Assembly: GCF_006345805.1 (NCBI RefSeq)
Contig: NC_042999.1
Span: 92,876,001 to 92,940,000 of the forward strand
Direction: 5' to 3'
Length of the DNA stretch: 64,000 bases
Source: Octopus sinensis
Taxonomy: Eukaryota
The notes under the pieces were generated by a model. The model was not told where the DNA came from. It saw only the letters and a list, made by a program, of their open reading frames with translations, and ran no database searches. The position numbers and the translations under genes are program-made. Shown here in pieces: positions 40,965-54,306 of the stretch. The stretch's first letter is position 1. Every line of letters starts with the position of its first letter.

Positions 40965-41235
40965 ATATAATTTTCAAAACTAAACACTATTTGTCTATAT
41001 AAAACTAGACATGTGCTTAGTTCTACCGATTATATTGGGGTTATTTTCAAATGTCTAAGTTCTAATAATCATGTTCTCTAATTGGCAACATTAACTGCAG
41101 TAAATTATCTGCTGCAGAACTATTTCCGGATTTAGCGCGCCAGAACATTTGAAAATAACGCCAATACAATCGGTAGAACTAAGCACATGTCTAGTTTTAT
41201 ATGGTCAAATAGTAATTTAGTTTTGCAAATTATAT
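40965..41235. mobile_element. MITE-like element with terminal inverted repeats of about 90 bp
   Basis: 40965-41054 pairs with 41145-41235 (ATAAAACTAGACATGTGCTTAGTTCTACCGATT is perfectly inverted); spacer of about 90 bp. Confidence 0.85.
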
Positions 41236-41939
41236 ATATTCACTATAAGTGAATGTCGATTTTGACGTCGGTTTACGAATCTACCCTCGACGGTGCCAGA
41301 TACACTCCAAAGTCGGTCATTCTGGTGCTTTACTGTCTGTTTGATGTAAAATGAACGCCAGGCTGAGCGGTGTGCCTTCCGCAATCTATCGCAGGAAGAG
41401 GCGACTTCTCTCTAGTCTCATGCCCTTATAAACGGCAGATCATCTCGTAGGAGTGGGTCCTGAGATCCCCTACAGCGCTCGGTACATCGATGTTCGGCTT
41501 TTTTTTTTTGCTGTGGCAGCCAGTTTTTTAAAGGGATGACGAGGATTTCGCCGTATCTTTACTTTGTTACTTTCGATAAGCTGAAGGGTAGGCACACTTC
41601 TTTTTCGGCTATGTGCAGGTCAATGATCAGTGGAACTAGTCTCTTGAAATTTCTTGGCAATTTCCAGGCTGTTCGGTTAATTTTACGCTTTGTTTAATAT
41701 AGCTGTATTACATTCACCTCCTTTGTGGAGAGTTATGATTGCATTGGGTATTTTGTCTGTAGCCATTATGTAGTTCATATATCTGAATTCATTTACTCTA
41801 AAACAAAACAAGACAGAACAAGCTTGTATAATGATGTATAATTTTCATATCTTATATTTCTTTATAGTTATTAAAGCCCGAAACTTCGGATGCCTGAATT
41901 TCGGGATACATTGAATATGTATATATGTCTATGTTTGTG

Positions 41940-42370
41940 TGTCTATGTTTGTACCCACCAAACCACCATCGTTTGACAACCGATTCTGGTGTGATTATAT
42001 CACAGTAAACAAGTACTTCGATAAAAGATAGTGATAGAATAAGTACTAGGCTTACAAATAAATAGTCCTGGAGTCAATTTCTTCGAATAAAACCCTTTAA
42101 GGCTCTAGTCCAGTTTGGTTGCAGTCAAATGACTGAAACAAGCAAGATAGATAGAGGAATAAATAGATACACAGAGACTGACAGATCGATAGATCAATCG
42201 ATAGATAGATAAATAGGTAAATACGATAGGATTATTTCAATTACTGACTAGAAATTCCACTCTGAAGGCTTTCGTTGGTCCTGGATTACAGTAGAGACAC
42301 CTGTCCAAGGTAACGCACAGAGGAATTGAACTCAATACCACACGGTTGGGAAGCAAGCTTCTAACACATA
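41940..42370. mobile_element. SINE family 1 3' half (+, 41940-42147) and head fragment (-, about 42245-42370)
   Basis: Tail GCAGTCAAATGACTGAAACAAG on the plus strand; GGTTGGGAAGCAAGC is the reverse complement of the head. Confidence 0.7.
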
Positions 42371-43183
42371 TGCAGAACAATTTGCTTGCAGAACATTTTG
42401 CTCCATAGTCCTACAATAGAGGAAATAGTTCAATAAACGTATGATTTAGAGACACACATGCCGTTGAGACAAAAAATATCAGGAGTGTTAGAATTGCACA
42501 GAAGAAAGTTTTGAGTTTTCGTTAGGAAAACAATATAATAGTTAATAATTCATGGCGCAAGTGCTATTCAACTTTCGAAATACGTATGACATGCACAACT
42601 TACCGTTAGGTGATGCTTTATAAACTTTGTAATAATACCGAAAATAAGAGCAACATGTGACGGGAGGAAATATTTAAATGTGTAATATATTTGTATCCGT
42701 TTCTTGTAGTTATGATTTGATATACTTATTCAGACACACTTACACACGCACATATATACATACATACGTACATATATACATACATACATACATACATACA
42801 TACATACATACATACATGCATACATACACACATATATATATATATATACTGTGTGTTTATATACATATATATATACATGTGTGTTTAAGTAGGCTTTTAT
42901 TCACCATAGCAGAAACATTTGTTGAATAACGACAATAAATACGAGAAGGAAAAATGATGAAACTAGTGTAGAACATGTTACATATTTCAATATATTTCTC
43001 AGTAAAATATATTTCTAGAATTCATAAAATATCATATATTTTTTACATGTTTAAGGAGGAGGGGGCAAGCCGGAGCAAATATTTTGAATTTTATGGTAAA
43101 GTATATATAGAAACATATCCATAAACTTAAACCATTTACACCCACTATATATATATATATATATATAATATATATATATATAT

Positions 43184-43299
43184 AAATATACACATATGCA
43201 TATACATATATACATACATATATATATATATACACATACATATATATATGTGTGTGTACATTGACATGCACACTGAAACATATATAGATGATATATATA

Positions 43300-43348
<49 letters not shown>

Positions 43349-43530
43349 CTACCTATATATATATGTACTCATACACATTTATATATGTATGTATATATAT
43401 ACATATTTATGTATTACCTATCTCTCTCCTGTTCGGTCTTTCTTTCTCTCTCTCTCTCTCTCTCTCATCGTCTCTTTTGGTTTTTCTGTGTCTGTCTGTC
43501 TGTCTCTCAGTTGCACTCTCTCTCTCTCTC

Positions 43531-43565
<35 letters not shown>

Positions 43566-43966
43566 GCATTTCCAAATATTCTGTTATAGACTCCTATTTA
43601 TTTAGTTGTTTTGTTAAAATTATAGACAGAAACCTATACTAGAAAAACACAGATGTAACGAAAAGAAAAAGCCAAAAACAAAATAAAGAAAAAGGGAAGC
43701 ATTGACAAATGGAAAACAAAGAACTCTATTCTAGCAATGTCTAAAGAATATTTACATTACATGTAACAGATTCTTGTGTGTTAGATGAGTTAGGTAAGCA
43801 GTGAATTCCCTCACGTGCCCATCAATATATTTCCAACTATACCGCCTTTGTTGTTTCATGATAACACATTAATGTACCTGTATGCATAGGTAAATCTAGA
43901 TGTACACAACTATATGTACACACACACAAATACACATACACACAAATATATGTACATATGTATGTT

Positions 43967-44009
<43 letters not shown>

Positions 44010-44131
44010 TATATATATATATATATAAATATACACATATGCATATACATATATACATACATATATATATATATACACATACATATATATATGTGTGTGT
44101 ACATTCACATGCACACTGAAACATATATAGA

Positions 44132-44217
<86 letters not shown>

Positions 44218-44386
44218 ACCTATATATATATGTACTCATACACATTTATATATGTATGTATATATATATATACATATTTATGTATTTACCTATCTCTCTC
44301 CTGTTCGGTCTTTCTTTCTCTCTCTCTCTCTCTCTCTCATCGTCTCTTTTGGTTTTTCTGTGTCTGTCTGTCTGTCTCTCAGTTGC

Positions 44387-44436
<50 letters not shown>

Positions 44437-44835
44437 GCATTTCCAAATATTCTGTTATAGACTCCTATTTATTTAGTTGTTTTGTTAAAATTATAGACAG
44501 AAACCTATACTAGAAAAACACAGATGTAACGAAAAGAAAAAGCCAAAAACAAAATAAAGAAAAAGGGAAGCATTGACAAATGGAAAACAAAGAACTCTAT
44601 TCTAGCAATGTCTAAAGAATATTACATTACATGTAACAGATTCTTGTGTGTTAGATGAGTTAGGTAAGCAGTGAATTCCCTCACGTGCCCATCAATATAT
44701 TTCCAACTATACCGCCTTTGTTGTTTCATGATAACACATTAATGTACCTGTATGCATAGGTAAATCTAGATGTACACAACTATATGTACACACACACAAT
44801 ACACATACACACAAATATATGTACATATGTATGTT

Positions 44836-44842
<7 letters not shown>
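43184..44842. repeat. Tandem duplication of a unit of about 840 bp bounded by (TA)n
   Basis: 43184-43973 is nearly identical to 44027-44842 apart from microsatellite lengths and 1-bp differences. Confidence 0.95.
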
Positions 44843-44894
<52 letters not shown>

Positions 44895-45879
44895 TATATA
44901 TATACATACATCTTTATATATGTATAGATATATATATACATATGTATATATATACGCACAATGTATTTGCAGTTATGCATCTCTGTATATGTATACATGC
45001 ATACGAACATATATGTGTGTGTGTAATTTTATAGATAGAGAGGAAAAGTTATATATATGTATATATCTAAATATATATGTGCGTGTGTATATGCATATAT
45101 GCCTACACAGATGCAAATATAATCACACACACTTACACACACATTCATATATATACACACATACAATCACACACATATACACATATATACATACATGACT
45201 GTGCTTGGATACATGTACGTATGTGTCTCTACGTATGGGAGTATATTTACATACAAGTATCTCTATGTGTATACATATTAAGCATATGCATACATTTGTA
45301 ACTTTGTGCAAGGATGTCACGTATTCCTCTTTAAACGATGAATGAAACCATTGTTTATTGTAAAGAGTTTGTTACCTCTTTGTTAACACGATGAAGAAGA
45401 TGATAACTTTCTGTGCATCCACATACATGTGTCTAAACATATAGCTGTGTGTGATTTCGTATGGCTCTATATCATAGGCGTAGTATTGTTGATAGTGAGC
45501 CTGTATATATGTTTGTGTGTATTGGAAACTACATTCAATAGATGATGTTCCAGTATCTACTGGGTGAAAAGAAAAGAGCGGACACACTGTAATGGAGACA
45601 ACATTTGTTAGAGAATTTAACAAAGGTGAACATATAATATTACAACCGACCACGCAACATTTCTTCCTGCTATATCGTTTTTCTACGCAATCGCACACAA
45701 AAGTACACGTACTCATACACTTACACGTTTTTCTTTCTCTTACTCTCTTTTCATCTGAAGTAAAATGAACAGTTTTATCTACTTCGTATGTAGCTTTATT
45801 TTAAGTTGAGATTAATTTTTTTTCCTTTTTTGGTGGTTTTGCTTTTCTCTCTTCCATATAGTATCCAGCTAATGTGGAA

Positions 45880-46320
45880 AGGATATCATGAGTGAGGAGG
45901 CACGTATCTGACTGAAACAATGAAAATGATGATGACGTTAATGGTGGTATTGACAGTGGTGGTTGTGCTACTGATGATGATGATAATGATGATGATGAGG
46001 AAGTGGAGGAGGAAGAGGAGGAGACTAAGGTGGTGAAAAAAGTTGGGGATGGTGCTAGGAGTTGCTCTAACGACGAGCAACACATTGTCAACGATAATGA
46101 TGATAGCTATTTTATGATGTTTATTATCACAAAGACGCTGTTGACGATGCTTACGGTAATGATGATGAGGAGGGGGATGAGGAAATTGAGAAGTGGGACG
46201 AAGGGGAAGCTGTTGCTACGGAGAAGGAGATAGTTGCTGCTTCTGAGGAGGAGGAAAGTGAGGGGAGGAAGACGTAGTAGGAGGAGAGGTGGAGGAAGAG
46301 GAAGCGGAAGGGGAAGCACC
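45880..46320. repeat. Degenerate (GAT)/(GGA) trinucleotide low-complexity region
   Basis: Direct inspection. Confidence 0.85.
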
Positions 46321-46983
46321 AGGTATGGTTACTGATGAAGAGAAAGAATACAACGAAGTGAAAGAGTTGGAAGAAGAAAATAGTGTTTTTTTATGAACGT
46401 ATAATTATCCCCCAGTATGCATGATCGGTAGTAAATTAATCATAGATACGTTCCAATTGTTATGGCAAAATAAATTTTAATGTGTACTCAATAAGTGATA
46501 AAATATTATTGTATGTTTGGATAGTAAAATAAACAGTGAAATGATAAGCGACATTTTACTTTAACAATATCGGAAATATATTTCGATTACCGTTACACAT
46601 GTATTCATCGAACCGTATATACATACATTTTTACACACACACTCACAAACATACACGTGCGCGCACACACACACACACACATAAAAATATACACATATAC
46701 ACATAACGGCGGATACCCAGTACGGTGCAGTTAAACTATAAGACAAAAAAGTGTGTGCACGAGTGCGCACGCGTCTATGTATATAAATAAATAAATATCT
46801 ATCTATCTGTCTATCTATCTACATACCGTTCGGCAATCTAGAGCCAAAAACAGAGGGGCCTTTGTTGGAGGTCTACGAAACTTTAAGCCTCAGGGAACCA
46901 AGTCAAACAGTTTTGAATATATACCCACACACATACATACATACTCCATATATATATATATATACACGTCCATCTATATATAC

Positions 46984-47014
<31 letters not shown>

Positions 47015-47021
<7 letters not shown>

Positions 47022-47312
47022 ACCGACCAGACCATCAGATGTTGCTACACATCGCTGGTCACAATGCGTTCGCATTGCTTTAGCCTTCAAATGACGCCAC
47101 CCCGCTGGTTAAGCGAGCAGGCCAACAGACGAAAGAGTGAGAGAAAGAGTGGTGAAAGAGTACAGCGGGGATCACCACCCCCTGCCGGAGCCTCTTGGAG
47201 CTTTTAGGTGTTTTCGCTCAATAAACACTCACAACGCCTAGTCTGGGAATCGAAACCGCGATCCTACGACAGCGAGTCCGCTGCCGTAACCACTGGGCCA
47301 TTGCGCCTCCAC
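47015..47312 (-). mobile_element. tRNA-derived SINE (family 3), full length
   Basis: Head GTGGAGGCGCAATGGCCCAGTGG (A box) ... GGTTTCGATTCCC (B box); tail CATCTGATGGTCTGGTCGGTCACGTGA; second copy at 59290-59484. Confidence 0.9.
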
Positions 47313-47440
47313 TATATATATATATATATATATATACATACACACACGCATACACACACACACTCACACACACACGCACACACACACATATATATATATA
47401 GGTGGGCACAAGTGTGTACGTACGCCGCTATATGTATATA

Positions 47441-47657
47441 TAAATGGAGCAAAAACGCAATAGGGGACAATAAAAACATTCAACCAGAGAGAAGATACAA
47501 AGGCGGACAAGTGAAACAACGATTAGAAGGACAGGAAAAAAAGCTGGGTCACTCGTGGCCTTCTTTGCCTGTCCTTCTAATTGTTGTTTCACTTGTCCGC
47601 CTTTGTAGCGTCTATCTGGCTGAATGTTTTTATTGTCCCCTATAGCGTTTTTGCTCC

Positions 47658-47662
<5 letters not shown>
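47441..47662. repeat. Foldback element with arms of about 103 bp and a loop of about 16 nt, embedded in (TA)n
   Basis: 47441-47543 pairs with 47560-47662 with roughly 8-9 mismatches. Confidence 0.95.
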
Positions 47663-47705
<43 letters not shown>

Positions 47706-47730
47706 GCATGCATATATATATATATATATG

Positions 47731-49330
47731 TAATAATAATATTAGGGAGTAAATCCAAACTTACAGGGAAAAATTAGATTTAGGATTAAATCTAATTTTA
47801 TAGTATAAATACATATTATATTAAATTAGAGATAAAACTACTATTAGGCAAATCAAACAGTGAAAATCATAAGCCAATACATAGAAATAAAATTAATTAA
47901 AAAATATATAAATGATATAAAATATAAAATATAAAAATCCAATTAAAATATTTTAATTAAAGTTAAAATTTAAAAAAAATTATTTAAATTAATAATTTAA
48001 ACTTATAAATTATAAATATATATATTTTTATTATTATTTTATTTTATTATTTTTTTTATTTTTTTATTTATATATTTTATTTTTTTATTGTTTTTTTATA
48101 TTTTTATATATATATATTTTTTTTAACTATCAAAAAGTATTAAAAGTTTAATATAAGATAAAGAGTAAAAACACTACGATCGTTTCATGCCCGTAAGCAA
48201 TTCGAATAACAATAATTTAAATTCAATTAATAATTCAAGTTATGGTTACAGTCAATCTTCAGGTTAATTGTAATATTTTAATAAATAATCAAAAATATTT
48301 AAACAATATTTTTAAGAAATAAATAATATAATAAATTTTCTTATAAAAAATTGTATTATCAAACTAGAAACTTAACGATTATGATTATGTCAAAACAACG
48401 ATTATAATGTTAAATATTAATCTTAATTTTTAAGTATTAATTTTTAAGGTAATAAACCCACCAATAATCTAATATCAGTAATAGTCAATATGTAATTACA
48501 TAAATATCTTACAAAAAAAATGATTATTCATATTATTAAAATATAAAATTTAAATAATATATAAATTATCAATGAAAATATATAAATGTATATGAATATT
48601 ATAATTAAGATCTAAAATAATCTCTCTAAATAATATATATGCACATATAATAAAGACCTAATAAATTAATTTTTCATATTTAAAAATGAAATAGCTAATT
48701 TCAAAAATACAAACAAACAATCTTAAACGAACGCTATAGCAAATTAACTATCTTTATCTCGTTGGCTAAATAATAACTTTCAAAAATCTTATCTTTAAAG
48801 TACTTAAAGAAATAATCAATTCGTAGTTATATAGTATCAAATAAATACTATAAATATATTTATCAATGGGAATAATGTAACTAGCAAATAACAATTTAAA
48901 AAGACAATATATAAGTTAAAATAATAATTATAAGGAATTTAAAACTACAATTAATGCTATTAATACATGTATATACATGAATCTAACTTTAACCAACTCA
49001 TATACTTGCTATCAAACAACAAGTCTATCGCTAAGTAAATTCTTTCGAATAAACTTAAAGTTAATATCTAATAATTATATAGAAAATTACGATAATTAGA
49101 AAAACGACGATATATACTTAAAAAAAGCAATAATATTATACCATAAGACTTATAAATATTAAAATTTAAAGATCTTAAATATAAATATATACTTAGCTTA
49201 GCGAGGTTTTTCTTCACTTAGCAGATCCAGTGCGTATCACATAATACCTGACAATGATATAAGAAATCGTGAGAATATGTGAGAATATCCCCGAGTAAAT
49301 ACAATCATCAAGAGATGGGAGTGAACTTGG
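47731..49330. mobile_element. Extremely AT-rich copy of the 20662-type repeat (probable PLE debris)
   Basis: First 160 bp or so align to 20662-20820. Minus-strand GAAACGATCGTA (half hammerhead core) at 48175-48186. The remainder cannot be decoded. Confidence 0.45.
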
Positions 49331-49573
49331 ATTTAATAAACCCAGACTGCGTCCCTTAGAGTGGCGACACTTCTTAAGGCTACCTCAAATATTGACATAT
49401 AAGCAACGGGCTGCAACACTTCATTACATCTTTCATATCCTACGGTTTTTCTTCTTTCAATCGATCCACTTTTGACAATATAATATATATATATATAATA
49501 TATATATATACACATATATATATATATATATATACATATATATATTCATAAATACACAAATACACACACACGG

Positions 49574-49665
<92 letters not shown>

Positions 49666-49819
49666 CTGAAAGGTAAAGAGAATGATAAATTATAGTTCAA
49701 AGATATTGCTTTGATGCACCAATATGTTTCCATCCTGGAAGGCCTGCGAAACTCATATTTCTAAACTACTTCTCTTCATTATGTAATTAAAGTATACTAT
49801 ATGTTTATCTATCTTTCTG

Positions 49820-49980
<161 letters not shown>

Positions 49981-50749
49981 ACACACATATACAAACGCGC
50001 GTACGTTCACAGACATACACAGATGTATAAACTCATATCTAGTATGTCCGATACCTATAAACGCTGAGGAATATATATGTGCGAGCAAATCTGAATAAGG
50101 TGTGCAATTTGGTACTCAATAAATTATTTGTAACGCAAATTTTTGAAATATAATGTAAGATACAGTCTCTGCGCATTTGGAAATTTGTATAATGTTTGTA
50201 CAAAAAAAAAATCAAACATAACTAGTATAACGTAAAGTGGCAGAAAGTTTCCGTTTCAATGAAAATCAACCTGATGCGAATTAATAAGAAGAAATATATA
50301 AGGTGGCAAATAGATTGTGAAGTTTGCTATCTATGTAATGACACAAAAGTCTTACTTCTGCCCAAACACCAACAGCAATGCGCAGGCTATTAATATATTT
50401 GGAATTTGATCAAAGAAATGCCCAAGATAAGGAGTTTGAACGTTTCGAATCTGTACCAGTAAATATGGCCAGTGAGTCGAGATCTTAGCAATATCTGAAA
50501 ATAAATTCCAGCACAAGAAATCCAACTGGTTATATATATGTGTATTTGCCAACAAATCAACAAAAGAAAATGTATTAACTCGAGAGGGACATTAACAATA
50601 AGCTATTGACAACAACACACAAACGCATGGAAAATAAATAGAAATACGCGAAACAAAATATAGAGCATCCCAGATGGAATTAGATAATACAATGAAATGC
50701 CTAGCTACGCGAGAACCATAAAACCGCTTCACGGACTGCAAGGAAATTT

Positions 50750-51400
50750 CCTAGAAACCTCCAAAATATAGGTTGATAAACTCTACAAAGAATGAATTCT
50801 GTGTAGATATTAAATAAATACTAAACGGCATCCATTATAGAAAAAAAGAAAGCACTCGCTTACTTGAATCAAATAACATCAATGTTGTTTACGATTGGTT
50901 TAATAAAACGGAGAAAAAAATTGTCCCATCAATTGATATTACAAAATCCTATTCAATATATTCACATTGCTGCTCACCATGGCAATGGCGTTCGTAAAAA
51001 ATACGGTGATCATCAGTAGCAACACTGTCAATATAATGCCATTTAGAGAAAAACTGCACATCATTGATAGCATCACACACGCGTAAACGACCACTCTACT
51101 TTATGTCGAAATATGACAGAGGTGAAGTTTAGAAGCTAAGATGACTGTGAATCAAGAAATGTTAAGAACGAAATTAATATACATATTATGTATGGCAATG
51201 AAAGACTTTGCCTATTACATAATGTCCATACACGAAACATAAACAGAAAAAACTGAATAAGTATTTTCATGGATGTTTCCTCAAAAAGTACAGTTACCAT
51301 CATCCTTGATTTAGTTAAAAATTCTAAACATTATATGACACCTTGACAACCATGTAAATCCAAGAAAAATAAAGAAGTAAATATGCAATAATAACAAATC
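50750..51400 (+). mobile_element. Penelope-like RT relic
   Basis: VYDWFNKTEKKIVPSIDITKSYSI at about 50890-50960 resembles the PLE RT motif VI.WF..I..K..F..FDI..FYPSI; the rest is decayed. Confidence 0.45.
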
Positions 51401-51770
51401 TACCAATTCGAGTGGAATAAAACGAAAAAGAAAACGAAGTTGTATAATCAAACTAATGTATTACCTAACATGAAATAGTGCCATGTTCATTAAAACTGCC
51501 AGCTTTGCTCAATACGAGCCGTCTTGAAGTTCGCTAATTCTAGAGAAAGACTCAATTTGTTGAAAATGTTTCTTAACGATAGTCTCAATTACCGCCAATA
51601 CATCCCTTGGCCTATTCTGACGTTTTGGTAGAAATTGCGATACTAGCTTCTCTTGACTGCAGCTCAGATTTATATAATGTAAGATGTTTTGTATGTAATG
51701 GAAAAACATTTCTTGCTTAGCGTGGGTTACTAACCCCAAGATTCCGAGTTCGATTCTAGGCAGTGACCTC

Positions 51771-51867
51771 AATAATAATAGTAATGATGATGATAATAAT
51801 AATAATAATAATAATAATAATATTAATAATAATAATAATAATAATGATGATGATGATGATAATGATG

Positions 51868-51913
<46 letters not shown>

Positions 51914-51940
51914 ATAATAATAATAATAATGATGATGATG

Positions 51941-51974
<34 letters not shown>

Positions 51975-51991
51975 TGATAATAATAATAATG

Positions 51992-52027
<36 letters not shown>

Positions 52028-52052
52028 TAATAATAATAATAATAATAATAAT
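51771..52052. repeat. (AAT)n/(GAT)n microsatellite forming the 5' flank of the Dong-like LINE
   Basis: Direct inspection. Confidence 0.97.
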
Positions 52053-54169
52053 ACGAAAACAAACTGTTCGAAAACTGGACGAAAACAAACTGTTCCCAGA
52101 AGAGCAGAAAGGATGCCGCAAGGGCTCATATGGCTGTAAAGATCAACTAATGATTAATAAAGCCGTAACTGAAGACAGCCACAGCAAGAAGAAAGGCCTC
52201 AGTATGGCCTGGATTGACTACAAAAGGCGTTTGATAGCATCCCCCACACATGGATCCTCGAAACACTAGCCATTAACAAAGTAGCACCAACAATCATAAA
52301 ATTCATAGAGCACTCTATGAATAAATGGCAAACAGTCCTACACCTCCAAACAAAAGAGGGACTCATGAAAACCAAAGACATTAGAAGAGGAATATTCCAG
52401 GGAGACACGCTCCCTCCACTCCTTTTCTGCTTGGCACTGTCACCTCTATCTGATATGCTAAATAGAACTGGATGCGGATATAAATGTTACGGCAAAACGA
52501 TCAGCCACCTTTTATATATGGATGACCTAAAACTATACGCTGCAAATGACAAACAGCTGGAAACACTATTAAAGACAGTTCATGGATTTACCAAAGAAAT
52601 AGATATGAAATTTGGATTAGAAAAATGCGCCAAAGTAACCATGAAAAGAGGAAAACTAGTTAAGAGTAACAACATCACACTAGATAAAACCAATGAAATA
52701 AAAGAATTAGACCAAAGCCAACTTACAAATACTTAGGAATCCATGAACTAGATAAGACACAACACACACAAATGAAAGAGAAAATAAAAAAAGAATATTA
52801 TAGACGAGTTAGATCAATACTAAAAACAGAGCTCAATGCTAAAAACAAGATAATAGGTATCAACACTTTAGCTGTCACAGTTATAAGTTACAGCTACAAT
52901 ATCCTTAACTGGACACGAAATGAACTGTCCAAAATAGATAGGAAAACAAGAAAAATACTGACAGGATCTAGGATGCATCACCCAAAATCTGACATAGAAA
53001 GACTATATATACAACGTATAGAAGGTGGTAGAGGCCTTATACAGCTGGAAAACTACTATAAAATAACCACCATAGGACTGCAAAAATATCTACTTCAGAA
53101 GGAAGGAAAACTGATCCAGATAGTGACAAAACACGAGCAAAACAAAAAACTGTTCTCAGTATTTAAGGAAGCTGCCAAATACAAACAAGAAATCATACCA
53201 CCTAATAAACACGAAGAAGAAGAAGATGATGAAGAAACAACAAAAGCTATAAAACAAATGAAATCCAAACTAAAAATAGAACAGCAACGAACCATGATAA
53301 AACGATGGCAAGAAAAGCCCCTTCATGGTAAATACTGCACTAAACTAAACGCAAAAGAAATAGACAAAGAAAAATCCCAGCAATGGTTGAGAAGCTCAGG
53401 ACTCAAAGCAGAAACAGAGGGATTTTTAATTGCAGCACAAGACCAAAGCCTCCCACCAGAAATTACCAAAAACATGTAATGAAAAGAAATATTACAAGTA
53501 ACTGCAGAATATGTGGAGATGGACAAGAAACAATAAATCATATTATTTCTAGCTGCCCAGTCCTGGCTAAGAAGGAATATATTCACAGACATGACAGAGT
53601 TGGAACCTACATACATTGGAAGCTATGCCAACATTATGGAATAACAACAGAAAAAAGATGGTATAGGCACACACCAGAAAAGGTCACAGAAAACGAGAAA
53701 GCAACCATACTCTGGGATATGCCGATACACACAGATAGAGAAATTAAGGCCAACAGACCAGATATAGTTGTCAGAGATCATGAAGAAGAAAATGCTTTCT
53801 AATTGATGTATCAATACCGGCAGATGACAACGTGTCTCTAAAAGAAATGGAGAAACTCTCAAAATACAAAGACCTGGAAATAGAGGTAACTAGAATGTGG
53901 AACCTGAAAACAGAAACAATTCCTATCATAGTAGGTGCATTAGGCATGATAAAAAAATATTCAGACAAATACATAACAAAAACACCAGGACTTACAAACA
54001 CATATAACATACAGAAAATTGCACTACTAGGCACTGCACACATCCTACGCAGAACACTTTCCATACAATAACCATCAGCGCATCACAACAAATCACAGCA
54101 CATACCCAAGGCACACAGAGCTGCGCTCGGTAGTGAAGTGAAAGCACGCTATAAAAATAAAACTACTGT

Positions 54170-54170
<1 letters not shown>
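52053..54170 (+). mobile_element. R4/Dong-clade non-LTR retrotransposon (family B), 5'-truncated, young: RT, CCHC zinc knuckle and RLE
   Basis: EQKGCR, WIDYK(K)AFDS, RGIFQGDTLPPLLF, HLLYMDDLKLY, CRICGDGQETINHIISSC, RHDRVG and RPDIVV...IDVSIP. Four frameshifts and no in-frame stop seen; 3' UTR of about 100 bp, then (TAA)n. Confidence 0.95.
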
Positions 54171-54200
<30 letters not shown>

Positions 54201-54261
54201 CAACAACAACAACATCGAAAAATAACTTAGGAATGAAAACCCAGGAACGAAATTTCCCCAA

Positions 54262-54306
54262 GACACTTGATGAAGGCTGGAGGGTATATCCGTCGAAACG
54301 TTTGTT
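54262..54306 (+). ncRNA. Minimal hammerhead-like motif (slightly degenerate) in a repeat of about 160 bp (about 54218-54380)
   Basis: GACAC-UUGAUGA-A-GGCUGGA-GGGUAUA-UCCGUC-GAAAC-GU-U-UGUU: stem II pairs with a bulge, palindromic ACGU; the core has a C3U change or an insertion. Confidence 0.5.

Noticed and set aside
50370-50475. Plus-strand exon candidate RRLLIYLEFDQRNAQDKEFERFES ending at GTGAGT
   Set aside because: Poor acceptor, isolated, no homology recognised.
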